From Clostridium sp. CAG:417 (GTDB lineage: Bacteria > Bacillota_I > Bacilli_A > RF39 > UBA660): DNA of 64,000 bases. The notes under the pieces were generated by a model. It was not told where the DNA came from and made no database searches. It saw only the letters and a program-made list of their open reading frames with translations. Where the stretch lies: positions 25,485-89,484 of the forward strand of contig FR890374.1 in assembly GCA_000432835.1 (NCBI GenBank), written 5' to 3'. This document shows, piece after piece, positions 11,153 to 19,963 of the stretch; positions within the stretch are counted from its first letter, which is position 1, and the number at the start of each line of letters is the position of its first letter. The position numbers were made by a program, and so were the translations under genes.

Positions 11153-12118
11153 ATGGAAAAAAATGTGAAAGAAAAAATATCGATTGTTGTTCCTTGCTAT
11201 AATGAGGAGGAATCCTTAGAAATATTTTATAAAGAAATTAATAAAATTTCAAAAGAAATGAAGGAAGTAGATTTTGAGTTCTTGTTTGTGAATGATGGAA
11301 GTAGTGATAATACTCTTTTAGAACTTAGGAAATTAGCAAAGAAAGATGAGCGAGTTCGTTATATTTCTTTTTCAAGAAACTTTGGAAAAGAGGCTGGAAT
11401 GTATGCTGGTTTACAAAATGCTAAGGGAGACTTTGTTGCTATAATGGATGCTGATATGCAGGATCCTCCTAGTATGATAAAAACTATGTATGAAGGTATT
11501 AAAAATGAGGGATATGATTGTGTTGCATTATGCAGTCCTAAACATGGTGACTATAGTCCTTTGAGAAAGTTTTTTACAAATTGTTGGTATAAGTTAATTG
11601 GAAAAATTTCTTCTACACCGCAAGTTCCTGGAGCAAGAGATTTTAGATTGATGAAGAGAAAAGTTGTGGACTCAATTATTAGTATGCAAGAGTATAATCG
11701 TTATTCTAAAGGAATATTTAGTTTTGTTGGATTTAATACTAAGTGGATAGAATATGAAACTCCAGAAAGAGTGGCAGGAAATTCAAAATTTAATTTTTGG
11801 AAACTATTTAAATATGCATTAGAAGGTATTCTTGCTTTTTCCACTACTCCTCTTGTTATCTCTGCATTTGTGGGTTTGATATTTTGCTTGATAGCTTTTG
11901 TAGCAGTAATAGTAATTATTGTTAAAACATTAGCTTTTGGAGATCCAGTTGGTGGATGGCCAAGCCTTGCTTGTATTATTATGTTTGTCAGCGGTATTCA
12001 ATTATTATTTTTAGGTGTTATTGGAATGTATTTGTCAAAATTATACTTAGAAGTTAAAAAACGTCCAGTTTATATAATAGATGAAACTGAAAAAATGAGA
12101 GAAAATTATGATAAATAG
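11153..12118 (+). CDS. Polyprenyl-phosphate glycosyltransferase (GT2, GtrB/CsbB/ArnC-like) with C-terminal TM helices
   Basis: ISIVVPCYNEEESL...FVNDGSSDNT...MDADMQDPP plus two C-terminal TM helices. This is the architecture of Und-P-sugar synthases. Confidence 0.8.
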   Translation: MEKNVKEKISIVVPCYNEEESLEIFYKEINKISKEMKEVDFEFLFVNDGSSDNTLLELRKLAKKDERVRYISFSRNFGKEAGMYAGLQNAKGDFVAIMDADMQDPPSMIKTMYEGIKNEGYDCVALCSPKHGDYSPLRKFFTNCWYKLIGKISSTPQVPGARDFRLMKRKVVDSIISMQEYNRYSKGIFSFVGFNTKWIEYETPERVAGNSKFNFWKLFKYALEGILAFSTTPLVISAFVGLIFCLIAFVAVIVIIVKTLAFGDPVGGWPSLACIIMFVSGIQLLFLGVIGMYLSKLYLEVKKRPVYIIDETEKMRENYDK

Positions 12119-13079
12119 AAAAGATGTAAGTATTATTATTCCTATATATAATGCTTCAAAATATCTCAAAAGATGTTTAGATTCAGTAATAAATCAAACT
12201 AAAACAGAACTTGAAATAATATTAATAAATGATGGGTCTACTGATAATTCTGAAGAAATTATAAAAGAATATAAAGATAAGAGAATTAGGTATTTTAAGA
12301 ATAAAAATCAAGGAATTGGAAAGACGAGAAATTTTGGTATTACTAAAGCGACAGGTAAATATATTATGTTTCTTGATAGTGATGACTTTTTAGATAAACA
12401 TGCTTGTAAAACTTTGTTTGATAAAGCTTTTTCAAATAGTTTGGATATGGTAATATGTGATTTTTATATAAAAAAAGGACAAGAATTAGAAAAAGAAAGC
12501 TTATTAGATTTTAAGCCAACAACTTTGAAATCAATGCCAATTCTTGCATATGAAGTTAATCTTGCTCCTTGGAATAAATTATATAAAACAGAATTTTTAA
12601 AAGAAAATAATATTAAGTTTATAGAAAATTTAAAGTATGAAGATGCTCCATTTGTGTTGGAAGCAATGGATAAGGCAAATAAAATTGGAAAGGTTAATAA
12701 ATATTTAAATTATTATGTAATTAATGAAAAGAGTGAGACAACTATTAGAGATGCTCGTGTCTTTGATATTATTAAAATAATAGACATAATAAGACATTAC
12801 TTTAGTGATAAGAAATATATGCAGGATATTATTGACAAATTAACTGTTAGAATACTTATGAATTATAATATACAAGAATGTTATCAAAGTGATAAAAAAG
12901 TGGCTATGAAATTTATTAGTGATAGCTTTGATTATTTGAAGTTAAATGTTCCTAATTATAAAAAGAGTTCTTACTTTAAAGAAAGAGGATTTGCTCGTTC
13001 TATAATAGAAAAACATGAGTTTATAACAAAACTATACTGTTTACTTTATATTTCTTTTAGGAGGGAGTTTAAAAAATGA
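12108..13079 (+). CDS. Glycosyltransferase family 2
   Basis: VSIIIPIYNASKYLKRCLDSV...ILINDGSTDNS...LDSDD. Confidence 0.8.
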   Translation: MINRKDVSIIIPIYNASKYLKRCLDSVINQTKTELEIILINDGSTDNSEEIIKEYKDKRIRYFKNKNQGIGKTRNFGITKATGKYIMFLDSDDFLDKHACKTLFDKAFSNSLDMVICDFYIKKGQELEKESLLDFKPTTLKSMPILAYEVNLAPWNKLYKTEFLKENNIKFIENLKYEDAPFVLEAMDKANKIGKVNKYLNYYVINEKSETTIRDARVFDIIKIIDIIRHYFSDKKYMQDIIDKLTVRILMNYNIQECYQSDKKVAMKFISDSFDYLKLNVPNYKKSSYFKERGFARSIIEKHEFITKLYCLLYISFRREFKK

Positions 13080-14392
13080 AAAAAATTGTTGCTTGTTTAA
13101 AAAAAGAAAAAAATCAGATAATAATATTTATGTTTTTAATATTTATATCAATTTTATTACTAAATATTTTTACTCCGTTAATAGCAGATGATTATGGCTA
13201 TTCTTTTGGTGTTAATGGTCGTTTACACAGTTTTATTGATGTTATAGAAAAACAGGTTCAGCATTATTTCACGTGGGGAGGGAGAAGTGTTGCTCACACT
13301 ATTGCTCAAACATTCTTACTTTTTCCTAAAATTTTGTTTAGTATTGCCAATTCATGTGTTTATTTATTGTTGATATGGTTAATTTATCTCAATATAAAAG
13401 GTATAAATAAAAAGGAATATCCTATAATTTTGTTGCTTATTCATTTGTGTTTGTGGTTTGTTGTTCCTGCATTTGGTCAAGACTGTTTATGGTTAATTGG
13501 GTCATGTAATTATCTTTGGACTACTACGATAATTTTGCTGTTTTTATATTTATTTAGGACTTCAAAAAGGAATGATAATTTATTTAAATCAATTGGCTTT
13601 TTGTTACTCGGAATTATTGCGGGATGGACAAATGAAAATACTGCCTTTGGATTGATAGTTGCAACAGTAGGAATATTATTAATTAGTAAGTTTGAATATA
13701 AGGAAAAGATTACTAAGTGGAAGATTTCTGGATTGGTAGGAACTATTGTTGGTTTTGTTATACTTATTATAGCGCCCGGTAATTATGTTAGAAACAGTTT
13801 AGTTAATGATAATACCTTTATTGTAGTTAAGTTGATAGGAAGAATTTTAAATGATACTGTTTCTATGATAAACGTTCTTAAGCCACTATTTATATTAATG
13901 ATTGTTTTATCTACTATTTATATATATTATAAAAAGAAGATAGATAAATATTTTTATGTATTCTTTAGTGCAAGCATTTTATCAGTTTATGCAATGGTTT
14001 TATCACCTACCTTTCCTGAACGAGCTTGGTTTGGTATTGTGGTTTTTATGGTGATTTCCGTTTTTAATCTGTTAATTAATATTTTAAGTATGAAAAAGGT
14101 AATTAAGTATATATTAGTTGATTCAGTTATTATTTTATTTATTATTTATGTAGAGCAATTTATTGTAGCCTTAGGTGAAATTCGTCAACTAAATTCAGTG
14201 TGGAGTTATAGAAGTGAATATATTGAAAGACAAAAGAGTAAAAAAATATATGATATAAAACTTACACCATTTGTTTGTAATGATAAACATAGTCCTGCTT
14301 ATGGGTTAGCTGATATTACTCCAGGAAAAGATATTTGGTTAAATAAGGACTTAGCGAGATATTTTGAAGTAAATAGTATTGATGCAAAATAG
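13076..14392 (+). CDS. Large polytopic membrane protein, possible GT-C-type extracytoplasmic glycosyltransferase or polymer-modifying partner
   Basis: 438 aa with at least 10 TM helices and no soluble catalytic motif. It is translationally coupled to the upstream GT2 genes and sits directly after the GtrB-like synthase. Confidence 0.5.
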   Translation: MKKIVACLKKEKNQIIIFMFLIFISILLLNIFTPLIADDYGYSFGVNGRLHSFIDVIEKQVQHYFTWGGRSVAHTIAQTFLLFPKILFSIANSCVYLLLIWLIYLNIKGINKKEYPIILLLIHLCLWFVVPAFGQDCLWLIGSCNYLWTTTIILLFLYLFRTSKRNDNLFKSIGFLLLGIIAGWTNENTAFGLIVATVGILLISKFEYKEKITKWKISGLVGTIVGFVILIIAPGNYVRNSLVNDNTFIVVKLIGRILNDTVSMINVLKPLFILMIVLSTIYIYYKKKIDKYFYVFFSASILSVYAMVLSPTFPERAWFGIVVFMVISVFNLLINILSMKKVIKYILVDSVIILFIIYVEQFIVALGEIRQLNSVWSYRSEYIERQKSKKIYDIKLTPFVCNDKHSPAYGLADITPGKDIWLNKDLARYFEVNSIDAK

Positions 14393-14469
14393 TTGATTTT
14401 ACAGATATCTTTTACAAAGTGGTTTATTGATGTTATAATTAATATGTTAAAGATTTAGGAGGAAAGAAG

Positions 14470-15261
14470 ATGTTAAAAAATATTGCTTCGAATTTTAATA
14501 GATATCAGTTTTTAATGAAACAATTAATATCTAGAGATTTTAAGGTAAAATATAAAAGGAGTGTTTTAGGAATTCTATGGAGTCTACTTTATCCAATACT
14601 AATGATGTTGGTAATGGCTGTTGTTTTTTCTAAAATGTTTAGATTTAGTGTTCCAGGAGTAAATTATTTTGTTTACTTTGAAGTTGGATTTATTATGTTT
14701 AATTATTTTAGTGAAGCCACAAATAATGGTATGACTTCTGTAGTTTTCAATTTTAATTTATTGACAAAAGTATATATACCAAAATATATTTTTCCATTAT
14801 CAAAGTGCCTTTTTTGTGGAATTAATTTTATTTTGACTTTAATACCATTGTTTTTTGTTATTATTTTTACAGGTACAATAAAAGAAATATCATGGTTTTA
14901 CTTGCTATTACCACTTATATTTTTATTTGGATTTTTATTTACTGTAGGTATAAGCTTTATTTTAGCTACTGTGTCAGTGTTTTTCCGTGATATGTTTTAT
15001 ATTTATAGTATTTTACTTACTATATGGAATTATGCTACACCTGTATTTTATGATATTTCAATTATACCAGCTACTCTACAGAGAATATTTAGATTTAATC
15101 CTTTGTACGTATATATAGATTCTGCTAGACAAATTATTTTGTTTGGTAATTGCCCGTCTATGACAAACATATTTTTAATGGTATTTTATGGTGTTTTTGC
15201 CGTAGTAATTGGATCTATTATTTTCAAAAAACATCAAGATAATTTTGTTTATTATGCATAA
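14470..15261 (+). CDS. ABC-2 type polysaccharide/teichoic acid export permease (Wzm/TagG-like)
   Basis: Six TM helices, ABC-2 family pattern (LGILWSLLYPILMM...), immediately upstream of its ATPase. Confidence 0.8.
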   Translation: MLKNIASNFNRYQFLMKQLISRDFKVKYKRSVLGILWSLLYPILMMLVMAVVFSKMFRFSVPGVNYFVYFEVGFIMFNYFSEATNNGMTSVVFNFNLLTKVYIPKYIFPLSKCLFCGINFILTLIPLFFVIIFTGTIKEISWFYLLLPLIFLFGFLFTVGISFILATVSVFFRDMFYIYSILLTIWNYATPVFYDISIIPATLQRIFRFNPLYVYIDSARQIILFGNCPSMTNIFLMVFYGVFAVVIGSIIFKKHQDNFVYYA

Positions 15262-15273
15262 AAGGAGGAAAAT

Positions 15274-16077
15274 ATGATTGATATAAAAAATGTAACAATG
15301 AAGTTTGATATGGGAATTGAAAAAGGTTTTTCATTTAAACAATTGTTTATTAATATGCTTGATCCAAGAGAAAGAAAGAAAAACAAAAAGAAAAAAAGTG
15401 TTTTTGTAGCATTGAATGATGTTTCATTTCATGTTGATAAGGGTGAAGTAGTTGGTTTAATTGGTAGTAATGGTGCTGGAAAGTCTACTTTATTGAAAGT
15501 TGTTAGTGGTGTTATGAAACCTACAAAAGGTAATGTAACTGTCAATGGTTCTATTGCTCCAATGATTGAATTAGGAGCAGGTTTTGATGCTGAATTAACA
15601 GCTAGAGAGAATATTTATTTAAATGGAGCAGTTTTAGGTTATTCAAAGAACTTTATTGATCAAAAATTTGAGGAAATTGTCGATTTTTCTGAGTTACGAG
15701 ATTTTTTGGATGTTCCAATAAAAAACTTTTCTTCTGGTATGACAGCTAAACTTGCATTTGCAATTGCTACTGTTGTTGATCCAGAGGTTCTGATTGTAGA
15801 TGAAATTTTATCAGTCGGAGATATTAAGTTTCAGGAAAAAAGTAGAAATAAAATGATGAGCATGATTAATGGTGGTACTACTGTGTTATATGTATCACAT
15901 TCTCTGGAAAGTATAAGAGAATTATGTACTAAGGTAGTATGGTTGGAACATGGTACAATGAAGATGATAGGTGATCCTGATACTATTTGTGATACATATT
16001 ACCGCTTTCAAATGGGTGAACCTATCGATATGAAAAAGAGTAAGAAGGATAATAAGAGAAAAAAACAAGATAAGTAG
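15274..16077 (+). CDS. ABC transporter ATP-binding protein (Wzt/TagH-like, no C-terminal carbohydrate-binding domain)
   Basis: Walker A GSNGAGKST, signature FSSGMTAKLAFA, Walker B LIVDEILSVGD, and a Lys-rich C-terminal tail. Confidence 0.85.
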   Translation: MIDIKNVTMKFDMGIEKGFSFKQLFINMLDPRERKKNKKKKSVFVALNDVSFHVDKGEVVGLIGSNGAGKSTLLKVVSGVMKPTKGNVTVNGSIAPMIELGAGFDAELTARENIYLNGAVLGYSKNFIDQKFEEIVDFSELRDFLDVPIKNFSSGMTAKLAFAIATVVDPEVLIVDEILSVGDIKFQEKSRNKMMSMINGGTTVLYVSHSLESIRELCTKVVWLEHGTMKMIGDPDTICDTYYRFQMGEPIDMKKSKKDNKRKKQDK

Positions 16078-16091
16078 TTGTGGAGGATAAT

Positions 16092-18668
16092 ATGAATATA
16101 TTAGGCAGAAATTATATAAAATCATCTGGAAAATTAAGGGTTGTTAGGGAAAAAAATAAAATAGTAATAGAGAATAATTCCGATATAAAACAAAAATTAA
16201 TTTTTTATAAATCGATAAAAACAGATAATAAAAGATTAACAATTAATTCTGTTTCAAATATTAATACAGAGGAAAATTGTACAATAAAAATTTTAAATAG
16301 AAAGTTTAGAGTTATTCAATCAGTTGATATGAATACTAAATCATTTTTTTCTAATTTACCTAAAAAGGTTTTTATAGGGCTTTCAATTTTACCAAATGCT
16401 AAGATTGAAATTGATTCTTTGGAGGTTTCCTTTGAAAAAGAAGATGCAAGTATTAAGGAATATTTTTCTGGTAATATATTGTTAATTTGTCCTGGGTATC
16501 CAATGGTAAAAAATAAATATTTATTTTCTTTTATTCATTCAAGGGTGCAAGCTTATAAGGAAAATAAATTGAATGTTGATGTTGCAGTTGTTCATAGTGA
16601 ATATATTGAAAAAACTGAATTTGCTACTTTTGAAAATGTTGATTATATAAGAACTGGATACAATCAAATAAGAAATTTATTACAAGTTAAAAAGTATGAT
16701 AAAATTTTAATACACTTTTTTGATCCTGCCTATTTTCAATTGTTAGAACCACAGGATTTATCGAATACTCAAATTATTTTATATTCTCATGGTACTGATG
16801 CCTTGTATAGAGCTTTTGATGTGATTGGACGTCCATACTTTGTTTCAGATTATGTTGTTCCAGAATCATTCACTAAAACTTTTGCTTTGAGGGATTATTA
16901 TATAAAAAAATATAATAATCTGCCAAATGTGAAATTTGTGTTTGTGTCAAATTGGGCTAAAAAGATGAGTGAGGAATTACTGAAAATAAAATATAATAAT
17001 GCAGAAGTTATACCTTGCTTTATAGATGAAAAGCAATTTCCATATACTGAAAAGGATCCAGAATTAAGAAAAAGAGTTTTTGTGCTTAGAAAGTTTGATG
17101 ATTTAAGTACTTATTCTATTGATATTGATGTTAGAGTAATTTTAGAACTTAGTCATAGAAAATGTTTTAATGACATGGAATTTTCAATTTATGGTGATGG
17201 AGGAATTCATGATAAGTTGGTTGAACCATTAAGAAAGTTTTCTAATGTTCATATATATAGAAAATTTTTATCGCATGATGAAATTAAAATGATGCAAAAA
17301 GAAAATGGTATAGGCCTTTTTGCAACAAGATTTGATACACAGGCTGTGTCTTCATGTGAGGCAGCAATGGCAGGTTGTGTTGTTGTAAGTTCTAAAAATG
17401 TTGGAACTTGTGAGTACATAGATCCTAAAATAGGTGCTTTTTGTGAAACAGAAAATATTATCGAATATGCTGACCTAATCGAAGAATTATATAATGATCC
17501 AAAATTGTTTAAAACAATGTCTGAGAAGATGCATGATTCTGTTATGAAAACGTGTAGTTATAAGTATTCTATAAAAAAAGATATGGATATGATACTTAGT
17601 TTTGATAAGACTGAAAAAATTAAGGTTCCTGATATAAAGAAAAATCCTATATTGAGTATTGTTATTCCTTCTTATAATGTTGGTAAGTATATTAAAGGTG
17701 GTGTAAAATCACTTTTACGTTCTAAATATGCATCTGACTTGGAAATAATTATTGTGAATGATGGCTCTAAGGATGATACAGTCGCTAAAAGTAACGAATT
17801 ATTGAGTAATTATCGTGGTAAGAATCCTATTATAAAAATAATAGATAAGGAAAATGGTGGACATGGTTCTACAATTAATAAGGGAATTGAAATAGCTACT
17901 GGTAAGTATTTTAGACTTATGGATGGCGATGACTATTATATTACTGAAAATTTAGATAAGTTATTGGAAAAATTAAAGGACGAAGATAGTGATATAGTTC
18001 TAACAAATTATATAGAGGATTTTGCTGTTACAGCTGTTTATAATCCTACTAAATTTTATCCTAATTTGGTACCTGGTGTTCAATATAATTTGGATGAAAT
18101 GTATTATAATGGTAATGAATATGGATTTATAATGTTTGGCCCATTATTACCAACCTCAACATATAAAACATCCATATTAAAAAATGCTAATTTTAAAATC
18201 GATGAACATTGTTTCTATGTAGATATGGAATACAATTTAGTTGGGTATATAAATGCCAAAACAGTTAGTTATTATCCTTTTGATATTTATAACTATTATT
18301 TAGGACGACAGGGACAATCTATTTCAAAAGAATCATATAAGAAAAATATTTTACATCACGAAAAAGTATGTTTAAGATTAATAGATTATTATACTGAAAA
18401 AGAAAAGGAATTATCAGAAAGTAAGAAGGCTTATCTTAATAATTGTATTATTGTTCCTATGTGCAAAAGGCAGTATGAACTTACTACAGAAATGTTTAAA
18501 AATAATGAACATTTTATATCATTTGATAGAAAATTAAAAAAATATCCACAATTTTATAATAATACTTCAATTGCTGGAAGAAGAGTTAAGATACATAGAC
18601 TAACTAACGGACACTTTATATGGATGAATGAAGTTTTTATAAAATTAGGTAAATTGATTAGGAGGTAA
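16092..18668 (+). CDS. Multidomain glycosyltransferase (N-terminal beta-rich domain + GT1/GT4-like + GT2)
   Basis: Start at 16092 follows GGAGGA. The central region has GT-B features. The C-terminal third has a GT2 signature (LSIVIPSYNVGKYIKGGVKSL...IIIVNDGSKDDT...MDGDDYY). Confidence 0.7.
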   Translation: MNILGRNYIKSSGKLRVVREKNKIVIENNSDIKQKLIFYKSIKTDNKRLTINSVSNINTEENCTIKILNRKFRVIQSVDMNTKSFFSNLPKKVFIGLSILPNAKIEIDSLEVSFEKEDASIKEYFSGNILLICPGYPMVKNKYLFSFIHSRVQAYKENKLNVDVAVVHSEYIEKTEFATFENVDYIRTGYNQIRNLLQVKKYDKILIHFFDPAYFQLLEPQDLSNTQIILYSHGTDALYRAFDVIGRPYFVSDYVVPESFTKTFALRDYYIKKYNNLPNVKFVFVSNWAKKMSEELLKIKYNNAEVIPCFIDEKQFPYTEKDPELRKRVFVLRKFDDLSTYSIDIDVRVILELSHRKCFNDMEFSIYGDGGIHDKLVEPLRKFSNVHIYRKFLSHDEIKMMQKENGIGLFATRFDTQAVSSCEAAMAGCVVVSSKNVGTCEYIDPKIGAFCETENIIEYADLIEELYNDPKLFKTMSEKMHDSVMKTCSYKYSIKKDMDMILSFDKTEKIKVPDIKKNPILSIVIPSYNVGKYIKGGVKSLLRSKYASDLEIIIVNDGSKDDTVAKSNELLSNYRGKNPIIKIIDKENGGHGSTINKGIEIATGKYFRLMDGDDYYITENLDKLLEKLKDEDSDIVLTNYIEDFAVTAVYNPTKFYPNLVPGVQYNLDEMYYNGNEYGFIMFGPLLPTSTYKTSILKNANFKIDEHCFYVDMEYNLVGYINAKTVSYYPFDIYNYYLGRQGQSISKESYKKNILHHEKVCLRLIDYYTEKEKELSESKKAYLNNCIIVPMCKRQYELTTEMFKNNEHFISFDRKLKKYPQFYNNTSIAGRRVKIHRLTNGHFIWMNEVFIKLGKLIRR

Positions 18669-18671
18669 TAT

Positions 18672-19940
18672 ATGAAAACTAAATATTTATTAATTGGAGC
18701 TGGAATTTCAAATTTAACATTTGCTAATTATGTTAAGGATGATTATTTAATTGCTGAAAAGGAAAATGAAGTAGGTGGCTACTGTAGAACTATTAGTAGA
18801 AATGGATTTGTGTGGGATTATGCGGGACATTTTTTCCATTTTAATACCGAAGAATTTAAGAAAAAATTTTTAGCAAAGGTTCCAAAAAATGAAATTATAA
18901 CACAGGATAAATGTACAAAAATTTTATATAATAAAAAGTTAATTGATTATCCGTTTCAAACTAATATACATCAGCTAGAAAAGGAAGAATTTATTGATTG
19001 TTTGTATGATTTATTTAATAAGGAAGAAAAGGAAAACTATGATAGCTTTTTGGACATGTTATATGGAAAATTTGGACGTTCAATTACAGAAAAATTTTTA
19101 AAGCCTTATAATGAAAAATTATACGCTATTGACTTAACTAAATTAGATAAAGATGCTATGGGAAGATTTTTTCCTTACGCTAATAAAGAGCAAATTATAA
19201 ATAATATGAAGAACTCTAAGGATGTATCTTATAATAATTCTTTTTTGTATCCTAAAAAGGGAGCAGAAACTTTTATTAAGATTTTGTATGATAATTTAGA
19301 TAAGAAAAAGATTTTATTAAATACTAGAATTGTAGATATAGATGTAAAAAATAAAGTAGCAACAACTGATAAAGGTGAAAAAATTGAATATGAATATTTA
19401 GTTAATTCTTCACCACTTAATCACTTTTTACAATTATTTAATGATGATAGAATTAAAAGTTTACAAAAAGAATTATCATATAATAAGGTTCTTGTGTTTA
19501 ATCTAGGATTTAATAAAAAGTCTAAATTGGTTAATGAACACTGGTTGTATATTCCTGATAAGAAATGTAATTATTATAGAATTGGCTTTTATGATAATAT
19601 TTTGAATTCTGATAGGTTAAGTATGTATGTTGAGATTGGTTATTCTAAAGATGCTGTCATTACTAATGAAGAAATTGATAGACAACTTAAATTAACTTTA
19701 GAAAATTTAAGAGATCAAGATATTATAGATGATGATACAAAATTGATTGATCATTGTGCTATTGTTATGGATCCAGCATATGTTCATATTGAAAAGGAAA
19801 CCGATCAAAAAATAAAAGCTTTATTCAATGATTTTGCAAAGAATAACATTTATTGTATTGGAAGATATGGTGCGTGGACGTATTGTTCAATGGAAGATTG
19901 TATGTTACAGGCAAAGAATTTATATGAAAAACTATCTTAA
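18672..19940 (+). CDS. FAD-dependent UDP-galactopyranose mutase-like protein
   Basis: Rossmann FAD motif LLIGAGISNL, then VGGYCRT and GHFFHF, then C-terminal GRYGAWTY. These match the Glf hallmarks (IGGNSYD, HxYGPHIFHT, GRLGTYRY). Confidence 0.65.
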   Translation: MKTKYLLIGAGISNLTFANYVKDDYLIAEKENEVGGYCRTISRNGFVWDYAGHFFHFNTEEFKKKFLAKVPKNEIITQDKCTKILYNKKLIDYPFQTNIHQLEKEEFIDCLYDLFNKEEKENYDSFLDMLYGKFGRSITEKFLKPYNEKLYAIDLTKLDKDAMGRFFPYANKEQIINNMKNSKDVSYNNSFLYPKKGAETFIKILYDNLDKKKILLNTRIVDIDVKNKVATTDKGEKIEYEYLVNSSPLNHFLQLFNDDRIKSLQKELSYNKVLVFNLGFNKKSKLVNEHWLYIPDKKCNYYRIGFYDNILNSDRLSMYVEIGYSKDAVITNEEIDRQLKLTLENLRDQDIIDDDTKLIDHCAIVMDPAYVHIEKETDQKIKALFNDFAKNNIYCIGRYGAWTYCSMEDCMLQAKNLYEKLS

Positions 19941-19963
19941 TGTTAAATGGGAGGAAGTATTAT

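Noticed and set aside
15922-16125. 67-aa antisense ORF at the ABC-ATPase / large GT junction
   Set aside because: Antisense to two confident genes. No supporting signals.
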